In this document: in pieces, positions 56,263 through 64,000 of the stretch
Layout of the letters: every line of letters starts with the position of its first letter
How positions within the stretch are numbered: position 1 is the stretch's first letter
Origin: Bdellovibrionales bacterium
Lineage (GTDB): Bacteria > Bdellovibrionota > Bdellovibrionia > Bdellovibrionales > UBA1609
DNA: 64,000 nucleotides
NCBI GenBank assembly: GCA_965219095.1
Contig: OZ244719.1
Coordinates: forward strand, 459,071 to 523,070
Direction of reading: 5' to 3'
Notes under the pieces: generated by a model
Seen by the model: the letters and a program-made list of their open reading frames with translations, nothing else
Told to the model about the DNA's origin: nothing
The model's database searches: none
Program-made: the position numbers and the translations under genes

Positions 56263-57781
56263 GCCTCCTCAAAAGAATCTGTGGGTTCCCGGAGGTTCTG
56301 GCAGTTTTCCAAGGTTATGATATAAGGCGATTTTTATAGCTTTAGAGGTTCTAAAGCCGTAAGATTTTCTCATAGTGAGTTTTACTTTGTTGTTTAAACC
56401 CTCTACAATCCCTGAGGAGAAGGTTTTTTTAGCCTTGAAGTAATTAAGAATAAGTAGCTTATGTCTTCGTATGGTTTTTGCTTCTCTTTTCATAGGTTCA
56501 ATTTTTGAAAGCATGACTCGTCTCGTCCAACTGTCTATAAATTTACCAGCCCAAGTTGGTGAAACATAGGTCCATAACTGTCGGAAGTCTTCTTTTAAAA
56601 AATAACAGCGGATACTTTTTAAATTGTACTGTATTAAATGCCTTAATTTTACTTTTTCATAAGATTTTAAATTTTCTGCATTTTTTAACAAGGGCCATCT
56701 AGCTTTTGTTAAAAGGGGTTCATACCCGTCTTCTTTCATTTTTTTGTGTTCTGAAGCTCTCACTTCGTCTAAAGCCTTATTGAGTCTTGCTACGATATGA
56801 AACCGATCTAATATGTGTAAAGCTCCACTTGCCCTCTCCTTTATGACTTTTAAATAAGGCTTCCACATATCAGAACACACAAACCGTATATCTTTTGACT
56901 TCTCTCCTAGTAAATCAAAGAATTTTCTAAAACTCTTTTCTGTTCTTTTTTCTCCTATCCATAGCAAACGAACACTTTCTTTGCTTATTTCATAGACTAA
57001 GGTGAGATACTGATGGTTCTTTTTCCATTGTATTTCATCTACACCTATAGCTTGTATTCCCTTTAAAACCCTTTGTTTTAAACCATATTCTACGACCCAT
57101 TCTACCGAAGCATAGACCTGATTCCAACTGACATGAAACTTACAAGAAACCTCTTTCCAAGACAGGTGACGACACCAGTCAGCTAAGTACTTCATGTAAA
57201 AAATTGTTAGGTTTTTCTTCCCATCTGCCCAAGGTAAATACTCAACTTTTACTCCACAGCAAGAACAATTAACTCTTCTTACAAAATAAACAAAAAACAC
57301 CCTGTAACTTAAAATAGGAAGGGATTCAAAGTCCCGTGATGATTTACTGCTGTCATACACTGAACAGGGCTTCTTACAAACACTACAAAAAGCTTGGCCA
57401 TTTTTACGAGCCTTAATAGGAACATTAATTGACTTTCTATCTTTTGAAAAATAAATGTCTTCGTACACAAAAGACTTCCATCTTAAACAATCATTTAGTA
57501 TAGTCTTCAAAAGCATCTCTTCCCTCCTTTTTTTTTTTTTGAATAACATTTTAAGGCATCTGGGAAGTAGGTGCTTCTTTTTTAAAATTTTAATGTAATA
57601 CAGCAAATAAAAGCAAATAAAATGAATGTTTTTGAGTTCAATCACCGGAGGTGATAGAGGCCAGTAAGGGCCTCAAAGAACTCAAAAATACAAGATAGGA
57701 TGTCTTACTCTTACTTTGATTAATATGAGCCTTTTTGGGGGATTTCTACTACTTTTCACCCACAGATTCCCGGGAGGAGCC
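56263..57781 (-). mobile_element. Intact ISL3-family insertion sequence
   Basis: Inverted repeats GCCTCCTCAAAAGAATCTGTGGG (56263-) and CCACAGATTCCCGGGAGGAGCC (ends 57781). The 8-bp flanks differ (AAAAACTT versus AAAAATAT), so there is no clean target duplication. Confidence 0.85.
56269..57516 (-). CDS. ISL3-family transposase
   Basis: Start at MLLKTILNDCL behind GGAGGGA. Zinc-finger CSVCKK...CSCCG plus a DDE region. Paralogous to the degenerate copies at 26612-27750 and 49017-49748. Confidence 0.9.
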   Translation of the reverse strand: MLLKTILNDCLRWKSFVYEDIYFSKDRKSINVPIKARKNGQAFCSVCKKPCSVYDSSKSSRDFESLPILSYRVFFVYFVRRVNCSCCGVKVEYLPWADGKKNLTIFYMKYLADWCRHLSWKEVSCKFHVSWNQVYASVEWVVEYGLKQRVLKGIQAIGVDEIQWKKNHQYLTLVYEISKESVRLLWIGEKRTEKSFRKFFDLLGEKSKDIRFVCSDMWKPYLKVIKERASGALHILDRFHIVARLNKALDEVRASEHKKMKEDGYEPLLTKARWPLLKNAENLKSYEKVKLRHLIQYNLKSIRCYFLKEDFRQLWTYVSPTWAGKFIDSWTRRVMLSKIEPMKREAKTIRRHKLLILNYFKAKKTFSSGIVEGLNNKVKLTMRKSYGFRTSKAIKIALYHNLGKLPEPPGTHRFF

Positions 57782-58825
57782 AAAAATATATATGATCTGT
57801 CCACAAAGGGAATCGTTTATGATGTGACCAATACTTATTTGTATGGGACAAAATGCCAGCTTGCTAAGCTTGGAAAAAGCAAGGATGGGAAATCAAAGCC
57901 TCTTATTCAAATAGGCCTTGCAACAACTCAAAAGGAAGGCATCCCCGTTTTTCATAAAACCTTCAATGGAAACATACATGACAGTAAGGCTCTATTTTCT
58001 CTTATTAAAAGTTTTTCTAGCTATAATCTTCGCTCAGGTGTTTTTGTATCAGACAGAGGGGTAACATCTCGACAGAATATAGAGGGGATAAAAGGCTTGG
58101 GGTGGAATAGCTTATGTGGTCTTCCTTTAAAAGATCGAGAAAAAAAAGTGCTTAGAAAAGCCCTAAAGACAAAACCTATAAGTCATGTTTCTAACATGGC
58201 AAGGCTTGGTAAAAACACTTTTTATATCAAGAGCTTTCCTTATAAGCTAGGTAAGATAAAAGGGAAGTTGGCTATTTGTTTCAATGAGCGCAGAAAAGTA
58301 GAGATAAAAGAATCCCGTCACCATGAGATAGAACATGCTCAAAACCAAATTCTTCAAGGAAAGCCTATAAAGACGGGCTTAGAAAAATACTTGACGTCTC
58401 AAGGAAGAATTAGAAAACAAGAATTAGAAAAGGCAGAAGAATTTGACGGCTATTTTTGTTTATTTTCTACAAAAAATATCCCTGACAGAGACATGTTAAA
58501 ATTATATTTTGACAAAGATATTATAGAAAAAGCATTTAAGACTTTAAAAGGAATCACTCATCTGCGTCCGATTCGACATTGGTTGTATAACCGAGTTATC
58601 GCTCATGTTTTTATATGTTATTTATCCTATCTTTTGCTGTCCGTTCTAAAGTTAAGTTTAAACAATCTTAAGATATCTCCTGAAGAAGCACTAAAAGAAT
58701 TGGGAAGTGTGTACAAAGTTTATATGGAGGACAAGAAAAAACGCCATATGTTCTCTAAAATAGTCACATTGAGTAAATCTCAAGAAAAAATACTCAAAGC
58801 CGTGGATAAACACCTTGTAAAATGA
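57782..58825 (+). pseudogene. IS4/IS1634-family transposase, N-terminally truncated by the ISL3 insertion
   Basis: GIVYDVTNTYLYG...GKSKDGKSKPLIQIGLATTQKEGIPVFHKTFNGNIHDSK...VFVSDRGVTSRQNI and C-terminal YFDKDIIEKAFKTLKG. A different copy from 53939-56262. Confidence 0.7.
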
Positions 58826-58859
58826 CAACTGTAGTGTATATTTTTAACACCGAATTTAG

Positions 58860-60270
58860 GTAAATGAGCTTAAGAAGAAAAAGGCCAAAGAAGATCAATT
58901 AAAGCTTTTTAATGATGAGCTACTTAGTAAGTTCAAGAAAATAGTATTTGGAAAATCCAGTGAAAAAAGAAAACTATCTTTTCGTAGTAGAAAGAAGCTT
59001 AAAAAGACAATTCTTCTTGAATCTGAGAGTTTAGTTCCTGCTCCTAAAGAAGGGGAGGTGAAGGCCTTAAAAGAGATAAGAGTAGATCATAAGCTCACAG
59101 ACGAAGAACTTTCTGATATAGCACAGCAGTATGGTTATCCTAAGGACAGTGAGTGGGAGGAATTAAAGATTCAAGACGTGTCAGGAGAGGTTGATGTTCA
59201 TGTAAGAAGCTATGTTAGAAAGAAGTATCATCTTTAGAAGTACCGTCTGAAGGCAAGCAAAGTGGGAGAAAAAGAGATCATAGTATCAGCTCCTGTTCCT
59301 AAGAAAATTGTTCCAGGATCTAAGTACTCCCCAAAATTTGCGGTAGAAGTAGCGAGTCAAAAGTACTTGTATCACCTTCCTTTAGAGAGAGTAAGAAGAA
59401 TGATGGAATCAGATGGTTTGAAGGTGAATTGTAGAACTCTTTATAATCTTTGTTATTTTGTGAGTTGTTATTTAGAGCCTGTGAGAGAAAAGATCAAAGA
59501 GGAACTTCTTAAACTAGACAGAACGATTCATATTGATGAAACTCCATGGCCTATTAATAATTCACATCAAAAGGACGGCTACATGTTTGTTATAAGTCAT
59601 CAGGGAGGAAGTTTTTATTACTTTAGTAGAGCCCTGTTAAAGAACTCTTAGGCTCTTATAAGGGGCCTATTTTAACAGATGGCTACGCTAGTTATAAAAC
59701 ACATTTTAAGGGTGAAAAGGGAATTGATCTTGCTTTTTGCTGGTCTCAGTGATAAGAAAGTTTATTGACATAGAACAGAATTACCCTGAGGAGTGTGGAA
59801 AAGTATTAAAGCTTATGGGGAAGATTTTTAAAGTTGAATCAAAGGCAAAAACTTATGAAGAGCTCAAAAATTTAAGACAAACAGAATCAAAGGATTTAGT
59901 TCTTTCTCTGCAAGATCTGTATTATAAACTTTATGGAGAAGCTCGTCCTGAGAGTGGGTTAAAAAAGGCTATTGATTATAGCTTTAATCACTGGGATGGC
60001 TTAAATTTATTTTTAGAAAATGAGAAAATTCCTATGACAAACAATGAAGCAGAAAGAACGATTCGACATTCTGTGATGGGAAGAAAGAACTTTCATGGGT
60101 CAAGGACTCAGAGAGGAGCTGAAACAGCATCAGTACTTTACAGTATTGTGGAAAGTTGTAAGAAGGTGGAGTTAGATCCTAAGGACTATATTTTAATGGT
60201 TGTGGGAAACTCCCTCGATAAGATACCTATTAAAACGCCTTTTGAGTATACAAGTGAGCTTCGTTCTTAA
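58860..60270 (+). pseudogene. Second IS66-family transposase, with a stop and frameshifts
   Basis: FGKSSEKRK, an in-frame TAG at about 59236, HIDETPWPI and MTNNEAERTIRHSVMGRKNFHGS. Split over at least 3 frames. Confidence 0.75.
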
Positions 60271-60460
60271 AGAATAAAGCACAAAAAAAATCAAAATTAC
60301 GAAAAAAAACTAAGAATTATTCTTTTAAGAACTTCTCTAATACTTTTGTAACGGGGAAGGCCTTAGGAAAACGTCTTACAACGCCGTTTTACAACAAGAT
60401 CAATAAAAACTTCTCCTTTAAAATCTAAGAAATATCCTCCTCAGTAGAAGTCAAGGGCTG

Positions 60461-60874
60461 TTAAAAAACCGACTTACGATAAAGCTCGGCACAAACAGGA
60501 ACATGAAACTTTTTTGTTGCGAACTGCCAAGACACAAGAGTTTGGCAATTATCAACTTTTCCACTCGCTCCACAGTATTGTCTTCCAACACCAACAGAAT
60601 GTTTGCCTTTTTTAGGAAAAGTAGTGTCATCAAAAATAAGAACGCCCTTTTTTAACTTTAGGTCTTTAAGAGATTTTGCAAAAAGCTTTTTCATTACAGA
60701 ACGATGATCCCAAGGACTGTCTTTAACAAAATTTTGAAGAGAATCATAACTCACATTCTTTAAACGTTGAGATATGGGCTGAATGGACTTTCGTTCCCCA
60801 TCAAGTATCAAACCTGAAAGATAGTCATGGCAACAACGATGCCGATCAGAACGCCCCAGTTCCGAAGAAAACAC
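60461..60874 (-). pseudogene. IS701-family transposase N-terminal fragment
   Basis: CCHDYLSGLILDGERKSIQPISQRL...VLIFDDTTFPKKGKHSVGVGRQYCGASGKVDNCQ. Truncated where the GTAAGTCGGTTTTTTAACAGCCCTTGAC terminal motif begins. Confidence 0.7.
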
Positions 60875-60980
60875 GGAAACAAAAGATGAAAGACTCTTCT
60901 TTATTTTTTTAACTCTGAATATCTCATACTCAACCCCTCCTTAGGTATCTTTGAGCCTATTATAGCACAACTTAATTCAC

Positions 60981-61445
60981 TTACCAAAGTAGCACTAAAT
61001 AATCCATTGGGTTTATAACTTTTTTATCAATCATCAATTCAAAGTGAAGGTGCACTCCTTTTACTCGACCTGTACTCCCCATAAGACCGATAACTTCTGC
61101 TCTTTTCACTTTTTGTCCTGTTTTCACATAAATTTTATCCAAGTGAGCATATAAAGTCGCCCAAGGTTTTTTTTCTAAAATGATCATTTTTCCATAACCT
61201 CTATAACGTTTACCTGCAAAGATCACAACCCCCTTATGGGCCGCCAAAATAGGAGTTCCTCTTTGAGCAGCTAAATCAATACCTTCATGACGTTGTGAAC
61301 GGTAAATGCTTTTCTTGAATCCACGAATGAATTTTGCTCTTTTCACAGGCCATTGAAGTTTTAAATCATAAGGTAAATAACGATAGGGAGGTTGAGAAGA
61401 ACTGCAACCAAGAAAAATCAAGAATAAAAAGGAAAATTTCCACAT
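60981..61445 (-). CDS. M23-family (LytM-type) metallopeptidase lipoprotein
   Basis: Lipobox [14 protein letters not shown] and [15 protein letters not shown]. Confidence 0.85.
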   Translation of the reverse strand: MWKFSFLFLIFLGCSSSQPPYRYLPYDLKLQWPVKRAKFIRGFKKSIYRSQRHEGIDLAAQRGTPILAAHKGVVIFAGKRYRGYGKMIILEKKPWATLYAHLDKIYVKTGQKVKRAEVIGLMGSTGRVKGVHLHFELMIDKKVINPMDYLVLLW

Positions 61446-62656
61446 AATTCTTTGACTTCATTTCTTATTTTTTCTAGAAGCTTTTCATTTTTAAAATCTT
61501 TTAAAATTAAAGCAAGCCATTTTGCAATTTGCTTCATCTCATTTTCTTTCATTCCCCTTGTGGTCAAAGCAGGGGTACCAACACGAATGCCACTTGTGAT
61601 AAAGGGGCTTCTTTTTTCATAAGGGACTGTATTTTTGTTTACAGTAATGCCGGCTTTATCCAAAGCCTCTTCAGCATTTTTTCCTGTTATCTTTTTAAGA
61701 TTCGTTAAATCAATAAGTATTAAATGGTTATCTGTCCCTTTTGTGACAAGATCGAAACCTTCTGAAAGAAGGTTTTTTGCTAAAACTTTTGCATTTTTTA
61801 AAACTTGTTTCATATAAACTGTAAATTCTGAGTTTAAAGCTTCTTTAAAACTTACTGCTTTAGCTGCAATCACATGTTCTAAAGGTCCTCCTTGAAGGCA
61901 GGGAAAGATTTTAGAGTTAATTTTTTTTGATTCACTTTCTTGACATAAAATAAGCCCTCCCCTAGGACCTCTTAACGTTTTATGAGTTGTGGATGTTACC
62001 ACATGAGCATAAGGAATTGGTGAAGGGTGAAGTTTTGTAGCTACAAGCCCTGCAAAATGAGCCATATCCACAAGTAAAAAAGCTCCTACTTCATCGCAAA
62101 TCTCTCTAAAGATTTTAAAGTTTAAAACTCTAGGATAAGCACTATAACCTGCTATAATCATTTTAGGCTTATGTTTTAAAGCTAAAGTGCGAATACGATC
62201 ATAATCTAAAAGCAAAGTTTCTGGATGAAGTTCGTAAGAAACAGCTTCATACAAACGACCACTAAAATTCACAGGACTTCCATGTGTTAAATGCCCTCCA
62301 TGAGAAAGAGACATCCCTAAAATCTTATCCCTGGGCTCTAAGTAAGCCATATAAGCTGCCATATTGGCTTGAGATCCTGAATGAGCCTGCACATTTGCAT
62401 GTTCGCACAAAAAAAGCTTTCTTGCTCTATCAATAGCAAGCTGCTCAATTTCATCAATAAATTCACAGCCTCCATAATACCTTTTACGAGGATAACCTTC
62501 AGCATACTTGTTAGTAAGCTCCGATCCCTGAGCCTCCATGACAGCTAAAGAAGTGTAATTTTCAGAAGCGATCATTTCTAGGCCTAAACTCTGCCTTTGT
62601 TTTTCTTTTTCAATGAAGTCAAAAACTTCTTTGTCTGTATTTTCTAAAAAACTCAA
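61418..62656 (-). CDS. glyA: Serine hydroxymethyltransferase
   Basis: [27 protein letters not shown] and [14 protein letters not shown] (PLP Lys). Confidence 0.97.
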   Translation of the reverse strand: MSFLENTDKEVFDFIEKEKQRQSLGLEMIASENYTSLAVMEAQGSELTNKYAEGYPRKRYYGGCEFIDEIEQLAIDRARKLFLCEHANVQAHSGSQANMAAYMAYLEPRDKILGMSLSHGGHLTHGSPVNFSGRLYEAVSYELHPETLLLDYDRIRTLALKHKPKMIIAGYSAYPRVLNFKIFREICDEVGAFLLVDMAHFAGLVATKLHPSPIPYAHVVTSTTHKTLRGPRGGLILCQESESKKINSKIFPCLQGGPLEHVIAAKAVSFKEALNSEFTVYMKQVLKNAKVLAKNLLSEGFDLVTKGTDNHLILIDLTNLKKITGKNAEEALDKAGITVNKNTVPYEKRSPFITSGIRVGTPALTTRGMKENEMKQIAKWLALILKDFKNEKLLEKIRNEVKELCGNFPFYS

Positions 62657-63108
62657 ACCAAAAAATCCTCCCCCTTAATATTGATTTTTTTCATTTTCTT
62701 TACTCTTCTTTCATGACGACCTCCTTCAAAAGGAGTTTTCAAGAACTCTGTCAAAATAGTTTGAGCTTCTTTTAAGGACACAAATTGTGAACCTAAACAC
62801 AAAACATTGGCATTGTTATGCTGTCTTGCAAGGTGGGCTAAAGTTTTGTTAAAACAAAGGGCTGCTCTTATATGAGGGTAACGGTTAGCTGTCATAGCTA
62901 TACCCTGACCTGATTTACAGATAAGAACTCCTTGAGGGCTTTGTTGATCTGCTTTAATTCCTTCACAAAGCTTTTGAGCATAATCAGGATAATCTACAGA
63001 AGCTTCATCATAACAGCCTAAATCCTTCCATTGAATTTCATTTACAACTTCCATAAGCTTCTTTTTTAAAAGAAATCCTCCATGATCTGAGGCTATCAAT
63101 AATTTCAT
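62653..63108 (-). CDS. rpiB: Ribose-5-phosphate isomerase B
   Basis: [33 protein letters not shown] and NNANVLCLG. Confidence 0.9.
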   Translation of the reverse strand: MKLLIASDHGGFLLKKKLMEVVNEIQWKDLGCYDEASVDYPDYAQKLCEGIKADQQSPQGVLICKSGQGIAMTANRYPHIRAALCFNKTLAHLARQHNNANVLCLGSQFVSLKEAQTILTEFLKTPFEGGRHERRVKKMKKINIKGEDFLV

Positions 63109-64000
63109 ACTTCTCCCAACTTTTTAAAAATAAGACTTACATTGGTCCCTCCAAAACCAAAACTGTTTTTAAGAACATAATTAATTTTAACATCTCGAGC
63201 CTCTTTACCTATAAAATTTAAAACACAGTCGTCTAAAGGACTATCTAAGTTAACATTAGGATGAAGTTTTTGTTTTTTTAAAGACATAACACTCACAATA
63301 CTTTCTATAGCCCCTGCAGCTCCTAAAGTATGCCCTATCATACCTTTCGTACTGTTAACTAAAACTTTATGATCTTTAAACACCTTTTTTATAGCATAAG
63401 CTTCTGACAGATCACCTGAAGGGGTGCTGGTGCTGTGAGCATTAATAGAATCGATCTTGTCATAACAGATATGAGCATCTCTTAAAGCTCTTGTCATAGC
63501 TAAAACAGCACCTTCTTGTGAGGGATTTGTTATATGATAGCCATCAGAAGAGGATCCATAACCTACAATTTCAGCATAAATAGGAGCCTTTCTTTTTTTT
63601 GCTCTTTCGTATTCTTCTAAAATAAAAATCCCACTTCCTTCACTCATCACAAAACCATCTCTATTCTTATCCCAAGGTCTTGAAGCACTCTTAGGATCAG
63701 AATTGGTCGACAAAGCCCTCATAGAAGTGAAACCTGAAAAAGCCAGAGGAGATAGACAAGCTTCTGTTCCCCCTGAAATCATCATATCACATCTATTATT
63801 TTTAATCATAAGATAACTTTCTCCTAAGGAGTGGCTTCCTGAAGCACAAGCTGAGGTGATGGAGTAATTAGGTCCTTTAAGCTTGTAACGAATTGTGATC
63901 TGACCAGATGCTAAGTTAGCAATCATAGCAGGGATCAAAAAACTAGTGACTTGTCTAAAATTACCCTCTTGAACAAACTTTGTTTGAGCTTCCATCAAAG
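63105..64000 (-). CDS. fabF: Beta-ketoacyl-ACP synthase II, C-terminal ~297 aa (5' end outside the window)
   Basis: SACASGSH (active-site Cys), NAHSTSTPSGD, GHTLGAAGAIE and NSFGFGGTNVSLIF. Confidence 0.93.
   Translation of the reverse strand, partial: LMEAQTKFVQEGNFRQVTSFLIPAMIANLASGQITIRYKLKGPNYSITSACASGSHSLGESYLMIKNNRCDMMISGGTEACLSPLAFSGFTSMRALSTNSDPKSASRPWDKNRDGFVMSEGSGIFILEEYERAKKRKAPIYAEIVGYGSSSDGYHITNPSQEGAVLAMTRALRDAHICYDKIDSINAHSTSTPSGDLSEAYAIKKVFKDHKVLVNSTKGMIGHTLGAAGAIESIVSVMSLKKQKLHPNVNLDSPLDDCVLNFIGKEARDVKINYVLKNSFGFGGTNVSLIFKKLGEV

Noticed and set aside
57517-57645. N-terminal extension of the ISL3 transposase ORF (MIELKNIHFICFYLLYY...)
   Set aside because: The extension runs into the IS terminal region. 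The internal ATG at 57516 has a GGAGGGA RBS and matches the start of the paralogous copy (MLLKTILNDCL).

Overview
AT-rich (about one-third G+C by eye) chromosomal window from a Gram-negative bacterium. BamB, a YfgM-like protein and Myxococcus-type PilA pilins support this; TIGR02147/DUF4423-like regulators hint weakly at a Bdellovibrio-like lineage. All domain calls come from motifs read by eye, since no searches could be run.

Layout:
(1) 1-8.9 kb is a defence-type operon: a large N6-adenine methyltransferase, a PLD-nuclease::SNF2 helicase fusion and an AlbA_2/Schlafen-like protein. A Clp-fold (SDH-like) serine protease follows.
(2) 9-48 kb is a highly repetitive mosaic of four related tyrosine-integrase/excisionase modules. 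Each module has a T4CP-like gene (only one intact), a long nested palindrome and an iteron array. Each integrase converges on a 5'-truncated, leaderless PilA-type pilin cassette. The six cassettes share one sharply bounded conserved 5' core and then diverge completely. Three carry a divergent coiled-coil/PD-(D/E)XK nuclease gene on the core side.
(3) Between two cores (about 24-41.7 kb) lie two cargo operons. One is a ubiquitin-like conjugation operon (pentapeptide-repeat membrane protein, triple beta-grasp Ubl ending in Gly, Prok-E2, JAB::E1, DUF6527). The other is an uncharacterised 4-gene operon (Panacea-like protein, 3-TM protein, small RecB-like nuclease fold, 443-aa protein with a TGT-like CxCxxC...H motif).
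(4) IS debris is abundant: ISL3, two IS66 types, IS630, IS4/IS1634 and IS701 fragments, plus solo ends.
(5) 50-64 kb is housekeeping (bamB, yfgM-like, leucine dehydrogenase, yceD, M23 peptidase, glyA, rpiB, fabF), split by a 7-kb nest of IS elements.

No rRNA, tRNA or CRISPR array was seen. The main candidate for something new is the pilin-cassette/integrase array. It looks like integrative elements that target a pilin gene and replace its C-terminal half, or alternatively a shufflon-like pilin variation system.
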